Below, piece by piece: positions 38,524 through 47,949 of a stretch of DNA of 64,000 bases. Positions within the stretch are counted from its first letter, which is position 1; the number at the start of each line of letters is the position of its first letter. The position numbers and the translations under genes were made by a program. The DNA comes from a virus: IMG/VR virus record IMGVR_UViG_3300009431_000003. One strand, given 5' to 3'. Under the pieces are notes generated by a model that saw nothing but the letters and a program-made list of their open reading frames with translations, did not search any database and was not told where the DNA came from.

Positions 38524-38538
38524 GTAAGGAGTAAGAAA

Positions 38539-38793
38539 ATGACGAGAAGAGAAGGACGGATTCACGCTTTATGTGTCGAGTTTGGTAGACCAGACCTCTG
38601 GCAAATACTCAAAAAAAAAATAGACGGGGACAGATTAGTTGCCGGCTATACCACAGCTACAGGAAGGGACATCGCAGAGGCTATTGTTAAAAAAGTAGAA
38701 ATATCCAATAAGCTGAAAATGAAAAACTTGGATGATGCTCTTTATTTAGCCACCAACGCCAAAAAGTTTGTGAAAATCACAACTGCACAATAA
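38539..38793 (+). CDS. hypothetical protein
   Basis: AAGGAG RBS. Confidence 0.65.
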   Translation: MTRREGRIHALCVEFGRPDLWQILKKKIDGDRLVAGYTTATGRDIAEAIVKKVEISNKLKMKNLDDALYLATNAKKFVKITTAQ

Positions 38794-38804
38794 ACCGATC
38801 ACAT

Positions 38805-38832
38805 AAAAGAAGAGGGCCTTCCCTCTTCTTTT
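38805..38832. terminator. bidirectional intrinsic terminator
   Basis: AAAAGAAGAGGG-CCTT-CCCTCTTCTTTT perfect IR. Confidence 0.75.
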
Positions 38833-38883
38833 CTATAAGGACAGATAAATGCAGAAAGCATATTTAAGTATCGACCTTGACTT

Positions 38884-39507
38884 TTGGTTTATGCAAGACG
38901 CCCAATAAAAAGAGTAAAACAATTGACTAGTCTTCTTGGTAAGCTCAAGCAAGCACAAATTCCTACAACTATAACCATGAATCATAAGCACCTTACTAAA
39001 GAAATTAATCAACTCTCTGACGAAGTACGAACCCTTGTCAACATGGACTACCACTCCGACATTACAAACAAGAAAAACAATATTCCTTTTAATGAAGGTA
39101 CCTGGGTTAATTTCATAAAATGGAAAGGAGAAGGGACATATATCTGGATTAGGCCCCTCGCTAAGCTAGCAAAGCCTCAAAGCAGCGGGAGAGTAGATAG
39201 AACTAATCTACGGTTTGGAAAAGCTTTAGCTAAAAAAGCAGGATGGAAATCCATTCGCTCCCGCCTGCTATATTTACCTAAAAATTTCACTTTTGTCGGC
39301 GCAGGTATTAGCATCAGTCCTCGTTGGGTTAATAAACCAATTCTTATTTATACTCTTCTTCAGTGTATTCTTGGGCATCCAATATCTCTTCGGGACATAG
39401 GAAAAGACAGCGAGCCAATTTCCTGTCTCGATGCTGTAGGTGGAGATATTACGCAACCATTAAACAGTACGCTAAAAGCTGAAGAGCTTGATGGCCTCCG
39501 CATTTAG
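38884..39507 (+). CDS. hypothetical protein
   Basis: 207-aa ORF, start uncertain. Confidence 0.55.
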   Translation: MVYARRPIKRVKQLTSLLGKLKQAQIPTTITMNHKHLTKEINQLSDEVRTLVNMDYHSDITNKKNNIPFNEGTWVNFIKWKGEGTYIWIRPLAKLAKPQSSGRVDRTNLRFGKALAKKAGWKSIRSRLLYLPKNFTFVGAGISISPRWVNKPILIYTLLQCILGHPISLRDIGKDSEPISCLDAVGGDITQPLNSTLKAEELDGLRI

Positions 39508-39570
39508 AGTAATAACCTTTAATTTCTCCCATAAGAATAATAGAGAAAACATTAACAAAGGAGAGAAATT

Positions 39571-40359
39571 ATGAGAAATCTATTTTTGCTATTTTGTTTA
39601 TTGATTCTCTTCTGCACATGCGCAGGAGAAGAGAGTGACACAATTAATAAATATTACACAGCCGACGACGACTCCGCAGATGATGACGATGATACTGTGG
39701 ACGATGACGACTCCGCAGATGATGCGACACTCGTGAATTACGCTCTTGACTTCGACGGTATCGATGATTATGTGGTGGTTCCCGATGCTCTAAGTCTGGA
39801 TGTGACAACAGCGATGACTATCGAAATGTGGATATATGTTCGATCAGTAATTCCGTCAGGCTGGAATAATATTATTGAACATTATCAAGGGACAAAAGAG
39901 GGGTCCTTTGGTTGGCGTCTACGAATCAATACTGGTGACTGCTTTAAGTTTGAGACCCACAACGAAGGTGAGAGTACCTTTGTTGTAGATATTAGGAAAG
40001 CGCCTATCAGGCAGTGGGTCCATGTTGCCTGCATCTTCGACAATGACGCCCTCTATCTTTATGTAGACGGCATTAAAGTCACTAAAAAAGAAAACGCCGA
40101 AATGGGGCAAGCAACAAGTAGCTTGCTTATAGGGATGAATCATACTAATGGGTCCTTTTTCGATGGCATGATAAGCGAGGTGCGTCTTTCCAGTGTCGCC
40201 CGATACGATGCTAATTTCACTCCGGCAGAGAAACTGGTTACTGACTCCCACACTATCGGACTTTGGCATTTCGATGAGGGCACTGGCACCATCGCCTATG
40301 ACAAAAGCGCCAACGGGAATCATGGCACTCTGCATGGACCAACCTGGGTCGAGCATTAA
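39571..40359 (+). CDS. LamG/concanavalin A-like lipoprotein with Asp-rich linker
   Basis: signal peptide + Cys; ADDDSADDD repeats; YALDFDGIDDYV, W.HVACIFD..LYVDG, FDGMISEVRLS, GLWHFDEGTG. Confidence 0.9.
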   Translation: MRNLFLLFCLLILFCTCAGEESDTINKYYTADDDSADDDDDTVDDDDSADDATLVNYALDFDGIDDYVVVPDALSLDVTTAMTIEMWIYVRSVIPSGWNNIIEHYQGTKEGSFGWRLRINTGDCFKFETHNEGESTFVVDIRKAPIRQWVHVACIFDNDALYLYVDGIKVTKKENAEMGQATSSLLIGMNHTNGSFFDGMISEVRLSSVARYDANFTPAEKLVTDSHTIGLWHFDEGTGTIAYDKSANGNHGTLHGPTWVEH

Positions 40360-40364
40360 CAAAT

Positions 40365-40389
40365 AAAGAAGAGCTTCCTGCTCTTCTTT
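40365..40389 (+). terminator. intrinsic terminator
   Basis: AAAGAAGAGC-TTCCT-GCTCTTCTTT after the LamG stop. Confidence 0.7.
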
Positions 40390-40408
40390 TACTTAAGGAG
40401 AAAATCAC

Positions 40409-40822
40409 ATGTTTAAAAAACGAACAAATTGGACTAAAAAGCAACTGGAACTTTTATACTCAAAAACAGAAAAAGCCCAAAAGGATAGAAAGAACAAAAA
40501 GCTTCCTAGAGAGTATTGGTTTACTATTTCTGGCTTTTTATCTCAAAAAAGTTTGGGCGAACCCCGAACACCGGATGCGTGCCGAATGATGTATAATCGG
40601 TTGGTAAAAGAAATAGAGAAAGCAAAAAATACAGAGGTAACAATAGAAAAGAAAGAGGATACTGACAAAATAAAGAATACCTCTGATACTCCAAACAATC
40701 CAGAGATGTTAACAGAGGTACTCAATAGAATAATTCTTCTCGAAAAAGCTATTACAAAAGTCGAAACATTAATCCTAAATTTGTACAAAGCATGGAACTT
40801 TGACCCGGAGGTAGAAGAATGA
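40409..40822 (+). CDS. hypothetical protein, possible Myb/HTH-like N-terminus
   Basis: NWTKKQLELL...W..IS..L....RTPDACRMMY. Confidence 0.6.
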   Translation: MFKKRTNWTKKQLELLYSKTEKAQKDRKNKKLPREYWFTISGFLSQKSLGEPRTPDACRMMYNRLVKEIEKAKNTEVTIEKKEDTDKIKNTSDTPNNPEMLTEVLNRIILLEKAITKVETLILNLYKAWNFDPEVEE

Positions 40823-42312
40823 GTTATCAAACTGCCTTAGAAATAAAAGATCCCGAGATACTTGCAGAATTACTCAAACTACAAACCGGAGCCAAAAAGC
40901 TGGAGGAAGTTACTAAAGAAAGTATTGACGCTTATCTCCAGAAAATACTCAAGCTTGGTTGCATTACGCTAAAAGCGGCTTCCGGGCAAATAGACGCGGG
41001 GGCTGTTAAAGAGGCAGGCGCAGCTATTATTGGAGACCTTAAACAATTATTGCAGCAGTACAGTACCGATATGATTGTAGGTATCGGCTCCGCATTAAAG
41101 GAACACTTTGACCCGGATACCGGCCAATTTACTCAGCACGTCAGAAACCTTACTGTGAAAGGCGGATCTCTACATTCTCTACTACACAACCTCCTAATCG
41201 CGGACAATAGCCCTCTGGCCGAAGCAATAGCGGAACATGTTGGGGATAATAGCCCGATTATGCAGATGCTGTCCCCAAATAATCGCCAAGGGTTAGTCTT
41301 CATGCTTCAAGAAAGTGTTTCTGATGTCCTCACCAAAAATAGGGAAAATATCCTTGCTGAGTTTTCTCTTGACAGATCAGACTCAGCACTATCCCGACTC
41401 GTAAAAGAAGTCAGGGATTCAGGAAAGGAAGTTACTCAGGAATTCTCTCTGGATAGAGAAGACTCCGCTTTGTCCAAGCTTGTACAGCGCATAGAAAGGG
41501 TTTCCAAAGAAATAGCCGGCCAATTTTCCCTGGACAAGGAAGAGTCGGCAATCAACAAACTCCTGGAAGCAATCCAGGACCAGTCCAATCAAAATGCTGA
41601 CTTCTATCTGGAAGTCCGAGAAACCCTGGCAGAGCTAAAAGGAAAGAAAGCTTCTGCAGAGGCTTCTACACTTCATGGCTTTATCTTCGAAGAGGCATTA
41701 GGTAATCCTTTAAGAGAGATCGCATCAGGCCTGGGAGATATCCTGGAACATACTGGTAACACAACCGGTATTATCAAAAACAATAAGAAAGGCGACTTTG
41801 TAATTACTCTTAGTCCTGAAAGCCAAGCGCCTGGCGCCCGAATTGTTTGGGAGGCAAAGGAGTCTAAGAGTTACAATCTCAAAGCAGCTTTAGATGAGAT
41901 TGAAGAAGCCCGCAAGAATCGAGAGGCACAGATTGGTATATTTGTATTCTCTTCTAAAACCGTGCCCGAAGGAATCCGGTCCTTGGATCGCTTTGGTAAC
42001 GATATTACCGTGGTCTGGAATGCTGTAAACAGTCCTGTTTCCGATATAATTCTTCGGGCTGCTTACAGCCTAGCCAGGGCTCTCTCCTTCCGTACAAAAG
42101 CCAGTAGTGAGGAGCACACGGCTATTGTCCAACAACTTGGTCCTATTATCCGGGATATTGAGAAACAAGTCGGCTACTTAGCTGACATTATCAAATGGAC
42201 AGACACTATTCGCAATAATAGCAACAAGCTATTTGATCGAGCATCTCGTATGTCTGAAACTCTTTTAAAGAATATCGAAAAATTGGACCAGACAGTAGCC
42301 AAACTGCAATAA
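40819..42312 (+). CDS. coiled-coil protein with RmuC/DUF2130-like PD-(D/E)XK domain
   Basis: HGFIFEE, KKGDFVI, IVWEAKE; internal EFSLD repeats. Confidence 0.7.
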   Translation: MSYQTALEIKDPEILAELLKLQTGAKKLEEVTKESIDAYLQKILKLGCITLKAASGQIDAGAVKEAGAAIIGDLKQLLQQYSTDMIVGIGSALKEHFDPDTGQFTQHVRNLTVKGGSLHSLLHNLLIADNSPLAEAIAEHVGDNSPIMQMLSPNNRQGLVFMLQESVSDVLTKNRENILAEFSLDRSDSALSRLVKEVRDSGKEVTQEFSLDREDSALSKLVQRIERVSKEIAGQFSLDKEESAINKLLEAIQDQSNQNADFYLEVRETLAELKGKKASAEASTLHGFIFEEALGNPLREIASGLGDILEHTGNTTGIIKNNKKGDFVITLSPESQAPGARIVWEAKESKSYNLKAALDEIEEARKNREAQIGIFVFSSKTVPEGIRSLDRFGNDITVVWNAVNSPVSDIILRAAYSLARALSFRTKASSEEHTAIVQQLGPIIRDIEKQVGYLADIIKWTDTIRNNSNKLFDRASRMSETLLKNIEKLDQTVAKLQ

Positions 42313-42491
42313 AAAAGCTACCATAGAAGAATAACGATTCTGGCGTGCGAAACCGTATTTCCTTACCGGATACAAAACACGGCAAGTAGCTTTGTCGGCG
42401 GTAACTCGGCATTACATTAATTAGATAGAATACGATAAATAATTTTCAAATTTAGCCGAGATTGCGCCGGAGCCAGGAAAAACTTAATTAG

Positions 42492-42746
42492 ATGATAATA
42501 TCACTTATAGAGACTGTCGGCGTGAAACCTCAAGATGTGAGGAATAAGACAATGATTTCAGTTAAGAAGGTTGGGGATAAGATTCAAGTAACTGATGGAT
42601 TAGGCCCTAAAGACAAATGGGCTAATCACTACTTTTTGACCGAAGAACAGGTACAACAATGTCTCCGAGATTTCATAAAGTGTCATTGTGGTACATGTCT
42701 TTGTTGTTTGGTAGGCAAACTAATTGGAGATAAATCGGATGAGTAA
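42492..42746 (+). CDS. hypothetical protein
   Basis: packed block. Confidence 0.5.
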   Translation: MIISLIETVGVKPQDVRNKTMISVKKVGDKIQVTDGLGPKDKWANHYFLTEEQVQQCLRDFIKCHCGTCLCCLVGKLIGDKSDE

Positions 42747-43242
42747 AAAGAAAACAGTGTTTATGGGCACAACAAAAATAGAAGTTTCTAAAACTATTGG
42801 AGAGATACAAGCGTATTTGACTGATATCGGAGTTGCATCATTGCAAATAGAAAACGATCCAAAGACAAAGATCCCAAAAGCGTTGAGTTTTTCTATTGAA
42901 GTTCAAGATCAGCGATTATTCTTTCAGTTACCCGTAAGGATAGAGCCTGTTTATTGTTACTTCAACAGGAAGAGAGCCGAAAATAGGCAGTATTCATACA
43001 AAGAAGCTTGTGAAGTTCCTACAGACAAGCTTAATGACTTTTATCATGGTAGCGATCTTGCCCAGGCACGGAAAACGGCATGGAGGCAGATATTGCGTTG
43101 GGTAGAGGCACAGTTTGCGTTGATTGACACGGGCATGGTCAAGCCAGAAGAAATATTCTTACCATTTTTGGTCTCAGGGAATGGCGAAACATTATTCGAA
43201 GCCGTGGAAAGAACCAAGTTCAAGGGCCTTTTAACTGACTAG
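42739..43242 (+). CDS. conserved phage hypothetical protein
   Basis: QARKTAWRQILRWVEAQFALI...EEIFLPF motif. Confidence 0.75.
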   Translation: MSKKKTVFMGTTKIEVSKTIGEIQAYLTDIGVASLQIENDPKTKIPKALSFSIEVQDQRLFFQLPVRIEPVYCYFNRKRAENRQYSYKEACEVPTDKLNDFYHGSDLAQARKTAWRQILRWVEAQFALIDTGMVKPEEIFLPFLVSGNGETLFEAVERTKFKGLLTD

Positions 43243-43259
43243 GAGAAAGGAGGAAAGCA

Positions 43260-43484
43260 GTGTACGATAGAGATTCAAAGGGAAGAGCGGACAAGGCGCA
43301 AGGGCAATTTCCTAAATCTGAAAAGAAAATTCGTTCTAAAGGAATTGATAAGGGACGCTATGAAGAAATAAGAAAGAAGTATTCAAATATATTCTATCTT
43401 GATCCGGGGGACTATAATAAATATTACATGCCGAATAATACTATAACAGATACTTTCCTAGAAACAAAAGAAGAACAAAAATAA
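43260..43484 (+). CDS. hypothetical protein
   Basis: AGGAGG RBS, GTG start. Confidence 0.55.
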   Translation: MYDRDSKGRADKAQGQFPKSEKKIRSKGIDKGRYEEIRKKYSNIFYLDPGDYNKYYMPNNTITDTFLETKEEQK

Positions 43485-43536
43485 TTCAAATTGATCTTAG
43501 CTAGCTACGGAAATCGACTTTGTGGTATATTAAGTA

Positions 43537-44262
43537 TTAAACTTTAAGTTTCTTCTTTCTTATATAATCTACGAGCCTAAATATTGCATCCTCTTTTATT
43601 GTTGGTTTTGCAAAACGTAAACCAGCAACGCCAGCACTAATAGCGTTTGGAAGCACAGGCTCTATCAGCCTCAAAGAAGAGGGTAAGCCTGCCGCTCTAA
43701 GTGTTCGATATCCTTTTATCGAAGCTACTGCTTCTTCCGGTACCTGTAATAAGTTACCAAGCCCTTTAACTGCTATTGTAGGTCTTTTTAATCTTTGCGC
43801 TACTTCTTTAGCGTCATTGGTTGTTGCTTTTATTCTTTGTTCTCGCAGGTGAGGAAATAATCGTTCTTTCCATGTAGGCTTTTTATATCGTGCAATTCCT
43901 CCTCGAATCAAATAATTCAAGCTCCCTATAGCAGGTGGTATGCGTGATGCTGGAGCGTGGCCAATGTTCTGCAGTATATTTCCTGCTGTATAACTTCCTT
44001 TGGTAATTTTATTTATCAAAGACTTATTTTTCCAAGTATTTGCATGGCCTAGTTCATGAGCAATAACCATAGGATCATTTACAGCTTTACTCCCTAAAAA
44101 TATTTTATTTTTAGAGGGTAAAAATGCCCCCCGGATACCAGGTATATCTTTTTTTATAAAAGAGATATCTTTCACTCCCGCTGTTTGGGTAAGTTTTTGC
44201 GTCAAAGGCGTATTTATTTCCTGGCCTAATTTAATCATTTCTTGGGAAAAAGCTATATTCAT
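43537..44262 (-). CDS. putative zincin metallopeptidase (HExxH), likely virion-associated
   Basis: VIAHELGHA; EEAVAS..G third-ligand-like motif; N-terminal AFSQEMIKLG. Confidence 0.7.
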   Translation of the reverse strand: MNIAFSQEMIKLGQEINTPLTQKLTQTAGVKDISFIKKDIPGIRGAFLPSKNKIFLGSKAVNDPMVIAHELGHANTWKNKSLINKITKGSYTAGNILQNIGHAPASRIPPAIGSLNYLIRGGIARYKKPTWKERLFPHLREQRIKATTNDAKEVAQRLKRPTIAVKGLGNLLQVPEEAVASIKGYRTLRAAGLPSSLRLIEPVLPNAISAGVAGLRFAKPTIKEDAIFRLVDYIRKKKLKV

Positions 44263-44573
44263 TTAAGTATCCTCCAGGTATTTGGGAGTATTCTACAGCA
44301 AGTAAATACATATGTCTAAAATTAAGCTCATGCTGACAAAAAAAAAGAGACTTTTATGAAAAAGGGAAAACTTATGTAAAAACTGATCTGTGGTATTAAT
44401 TTGCCTCATCAAGTGGTTGCGGGGATGTATTCTTAAAAACCCTCGATGCTGCTCATGATAGGCAGCTTCTACAGATACCGGGCATCGGTCCTGTCTATTT
44501 GTCCAGGCCATACTAAGACCGCCAGAGCTAATCAATTCCAAGGAAAGCCATCCGAGATTCATAAGGAGGAAAT

Positions 44574-45068
44574 ATGAAAAACATTCCTGTGCGAAGTAAA
44601 TATAAGAAACACGCAAAACGCCGGTCGAAGCAACGAGTCGATGTAAAAGGGTCTATAGCAAATGCTCTTGTAGACATTCTGGCTGAGAAGATCCAGAACT
44701 GCGAGCCTGATCTGGTCTTCCTCTATAAGAGGACAAGCTCCAGAAGCGTGTATCTGACAAAGTTGAAGGCAGAGCTTTACCGAGTCGTCTACAGCACTAC
44801 TACAAAGACTGTGGTCACTCTCTATCCTATGGATACTCCTTTTAAGCAGAAAGAATCAAAGGAATACGTGAGGGCTGAGATTGAAAACCTGTACGTTCAG
44901 CTCGAAAAACCGATAAATCCAAAATTCCCTGAAGGACATGAACGCACCAAAGAGAAGCTTGAAAACCTTCTCAGTAAGTACATTCTTTTCTTTGGGGAAC
45001 CGTATAACGAGGAGAAAACACATGGCGGAAATGAAGAGAGAACAACTGTTGGCTCTGTCAAGGAGTGA
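44574..45068 (+). CDS. hypothetical protein
   Basis: TAAGGAGG RBS; HAKRRSKQR...VVYSTTTKTVVTLYP resembles RNase-like phage domains. Confidence 0.65.
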   Translation: MKNIPVRSKYKKHAKRRSKQRVDVKGSIANALVDILAEKIQNCEPDLVFLYKRTSSRSVYLTKLKAELYRVVYSTTTKTVVTLYPMDTPFKQKESKEYVRAEIENLYVQLEKPINPKFPEGHERTKEKLENLLSKYILFFGEPYNEEKTHGGNEERTTVGSVKE

Positions 45069-45642
45069 GTTCCCAAGTCCTGATGTCCATAGGAGTGTCA
45101 TCGCTGCTACGGCTCTAATGGAGCTCCACGAAGTCGGGAAACTGCTCCACGTCCATCATCACGAAGAAGGCGATCTGTACGACCACATGCAAGATGGTGT
45201 GGCGATCGCTATGGAAAAGGGCTCTGACGGAGAGAACACCTTCCATCTGCACCTCTCCGATAAAGGAGAGGGCACCATCAGCACCAATCTCAATTTCGGC
45301 GGCATCAGTATAGGCGGCGGATCCCTGGCCATCTCCGGATTTATGTTGTGGACCAGGAAATACCCGGAAAGTGAAGAGGCGGTAAAAATGATCAAGGAGG
45401 CTCTTGATGCGATCCCTCCTTATGAGATGCCTGTGATCGATAATGACCGGTTCAAGAGTGTCTGCAAAGCCGGCCGGGGCAGCGACACCTGTATCTTCGC
45501 GGTGGTGGGTGCTGAGATCCAATGCGCTCGTAGGTCTAATCTGGACCGGCTTCTCAGACGGAAGGCTAAGGAGAATAAAAAAAAGGGGTCTGGTGCAGCG
45601 ACAATGAATACTTGTACCTTTGATAACGGAGAATGGAAATGA
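45022..45642 (+). CDS. hypothetical protein with degenerate HD-like motif
   Basis: HHEEGDLYDH...HLSDKG. Confidence 0.55.
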   Translation: MAEMKREQLLALSRSEFPSPDVHRSVIAATALMELHEVGKLLHVHHHEEGDLYDHMQDGVAIAMEKGSDGENTFHLHLSDKGEGTISTNLNFGGISIGGGSLAISGFMLWTRKYPESEEAVKMIKEALDAIPPYEMPVIDNDRFKSVCKAGRGSDTCIFAVVGAEIQCARRSNLDRLLRRKAKENKKKGSGAATMNTCTFDNGEWK

Positions 45643-45893
45643 ATGTATGGGAAATTGGCGCTGGGTGGTTACAAGGAACCCCCAGCAAGAAGCTCGTGGC
45701 CAAGGCTGCGACAGTAAAACACTTCCTATGGGCTCGGTACGATTGTAAGACCCGCATTTGGGAATATGTCCCTGAATTCTATTTGCCGGGGTTCCGAGCC
45801 CTCGGATACCACATTCGCGGAGTTAAGTTAAGAGCCAAAGGCTCACGACCTATTTTGCCCAACGGCCTATTTCCTGAAGAGGAACAATGCTGA
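45633..45893 (+). CDS. hypothetical protein
   Basis: packed block. Confidence 0.55.
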   Translation: MEMNVWEIGAGWLQGTPSKKLVAKAATVKHFLWARYDCKTRIWEYVPEFYLPGFRALGYHIRGVKLRAKGSRPILPNGLFPEEEQC

Positions 45894-46013
45894 GGATCAA
45901 CCAGAATATATGCCCCCCCCCCTGCCTGTTTTCAGGCAATCTGGCGGGACGGTCCTGCAACCATTACAGCCTGTACTACTGCAGGTTGAGAAGCCCAAGA
46001 GGAGGGATGTCAG

Positions 46014-46370
46014 ATGAAACTCGAAGATGTTAAGACAAAGAAGGATCTGAAGGCTTTCATTGAGTTCTGTAAAGAAAATTATGGAGGGTACTTAAAGGTG
46101 AGCCTGAGAGATGACGCCGGTACAGAAGGTGTGTGGGCTGTAGCTGCCTCGGCTGCTGACAGAGCGATCTATGAAAGCGACACTTCCAGAGGCGAGAAGT
46201 TTAAAGTCTTTCTATGTAACTATCCTTTAGGCGGGTGGTTCAAGCGGAAATGGGGATGCCCAGTAATCGCTGTGACTCATGGAGCAAATAGACCTACTGC
46301 CGTAGAGAAAGATCAAGCAGATATTGATGAGGAAGTTCTCCAGGTAAACAATCTCTTCGAAGATCACTAA
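46014..46370 (+). CDS. hypothetical protein
   Basis: GAGGAGG RBS. Confidence 0.7.
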   Translation: MKLEDVKTKKDLKAFIEFCKENYGGYLKVSLRDDAGTEGVWAVAASAADRAIYESDTSRGEKFKVFLCNYPLGGWFKRKWGCPVIAVTHGANRPTAVEKDQADIDEEVLQVNNLFEDH

Positions 46371-46614
46371 GCAACAAAAGGAGATCGTATGTCAGATATA
46401 GCTGTAGAAGGCTTTAGTCATAGGAGGTATTTTATATCATCCAAAAAATAAGTTCCACAAAAATTTTTACCTAGATCCACACACGACCCTGGGTACCCCT
46501 ATTTTCAAAAAGGGTGGTTCGATCTTAGCGATCCTCATATACAATCAGTTTCTCCCGCCATGTACTCAAAAGTTGTTATTTCCCTGTAAAACGTGAAAAA
46601 TACAAGGTTTTCCC

Positions 46615-46624
46615 CATAAGAGTA
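46615..46624 (+). promoter_or_regulatory. CATAAGAGTA motif
   Basis: exact copy in a non-coding stretch. Confidence 0.5.
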
Positions 46625-46908
46625 ATGACCGCGAATAAAGACTATCTCTCTCTCTCTCTCTTTGTCCGCGGCACAAACACAATCTTTTTGGAAGGGGATT
46701 GAAATGGCTGCATACGTAAGGTCGGACGGTAAGTTGTATTGGGTTGTCCGGGGCGTGGTCTATTGGTACCGCCATAGAGCACTAGAAGCCTATAGGGGCT
46801 TCCACGATTAGTTTGATCTCCCGGCGCCAAGTCGGGACAGACAATAGTTCCTGCAAAAGCAGGATAGAAATATGAATCCAAAACATGGATTTTAAAGGAG
46901 AAAGACAA

Positions 46909-47166
46909 ATGGCGAATGTAAAAGTTACGGCAGAAGCAGTCTACAGTCGGATGCAGAAGGCTGATCTTATTGAGTTCGGCACCAACTTAGGTGCAGGGCT
47001 TGCCGGCGCGGGGATCACAGCAGGGCTCGGTAAATCAATAAAAGATTCAGCAATGGTAGGCGGAGCGGCATTTGCTGGCTCCAGTCTCCTGACAAAATGT
47101 GGGAGACTCTTCTGGGGCAACAAAAAGATTCTCAACGTCCCGGGAACCACAATTAACGGTAAATAG
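46909..47166 (+). CDS. small Gly/Ala-rich putative membrane protein
   Basis: AAGGAG RBS; GAGLAGAGITAGLG. Confidence 0.65.
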   Translation: MANVKVTAEAVYSRMQKADLIEFGTNLGAGLAGAGITAGLGKSIKDSAMVGGAAFAGSSLLTKCGRLFWGNKKILNVPGTTINGK

Positions 47167-47182
47167 TCTCATAGCCGACCGT

Positions 47183-47244
47183 GAGACGCTCTCAGGCGTA
47201 GCAGGAAATTGCAATGGCGTCTTGCACTGAGAGCGTCTCTTTTC
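47183..47244 (+). terminator. 13-bp inverted repeat with U-tract
   Basis: GAGACGCTCTCAG (47183) / CTGAGAGCGTCTC (47227) followed by TTTTCTT. Confidence 0.5.
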
Positions 47245-47285
47245 TTCAAATTGTGTAAAACATGAATAAATAAGGAGAAATTAAA

Positions 47286-47489
47286 ATGAAATGGTTACAA
47301 ACAAATCCTGAGCCTCAGGGATATAAGGATACTGCTCTCAATATTGCCAAAACCACAGGACGCGTAGGAATTGGCCTCAGCTTCTTGACTGTGGGAATGT
47401 TCACCATAGCAGGACAGTTAGGACAAATGAATCAAGCTCTAGGAATGGTTCGCGGGAAAGATACAATTTCTTTCAAGAAAACAGGATAA
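47286..47489 (+). CDS. small putative membrane protein
   Basis: AAGGAG RBS; one hydrophobic segment. Confidence 0.65.
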   Translation: MKWLQTNPEPQGYKDTALNIAKTTGRVGIGLSFLTVGMFTIAGQLGQMNQALGMVRGKDTISFKKTG

Positions 47490-47640
47490 TTCTTTTGAGG
47501 GGGTTTGTTACACCCCCCTTCTTTTTTCTTATCCAGTACATGGCCTCAGTTTCTCCCAGGAGCCATATGCTATTTTTTAGGTCCTTAGGTACTCTCTAAA
47601 CAATACACATAAATACTGCACTAAAAACCATAAAATACAC

Positions 47641-47832
47641 ATAATTTGCAAATAAACGATTCTCATAACGCTCAGAATGTAAATCGCTGTATAATTTGCT
47701 CTCACGTCATTTCTACAACAATATGAGCATCTCCTGATAATACTGTACATTTCATTTTCAATTCTGAGCATTCTGAGAGTTTCCTGTAGAGTATTTACAA
47801 ATAGAGCATTCTCAGATTGCTCAGAATTGAAA
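47641..47832. repeat. ATTCTGAGC/GCTCAGAAT repeat cluster 1 with ~25-bp inverted repeat
   Basis: 47756-47780 pairs with 47808-47832 (one mismatch, one G-T); extra copy at 47670; ATAATTTGCAAATA at 47641. Confidence 0.8.
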
Positions 47833-47949
47833 TAAGAGGATTACAGGGATACAATATACAGAGAGAGAGAGAGTATTGGTAAGAATATTCTTTTATCCCG
47901 CGGCCCAAAGGGAAAGAATAGCTACTACAACTTAAAGAGGAGATATATA

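Noticed and set aside
44310-44510. HhH-containing pseudogene (LLQIPGIGPV in one frame)
   Set aside because: It needs both a frameshift in an A9 run and read-through of TAA, which is too little evidence by eye.
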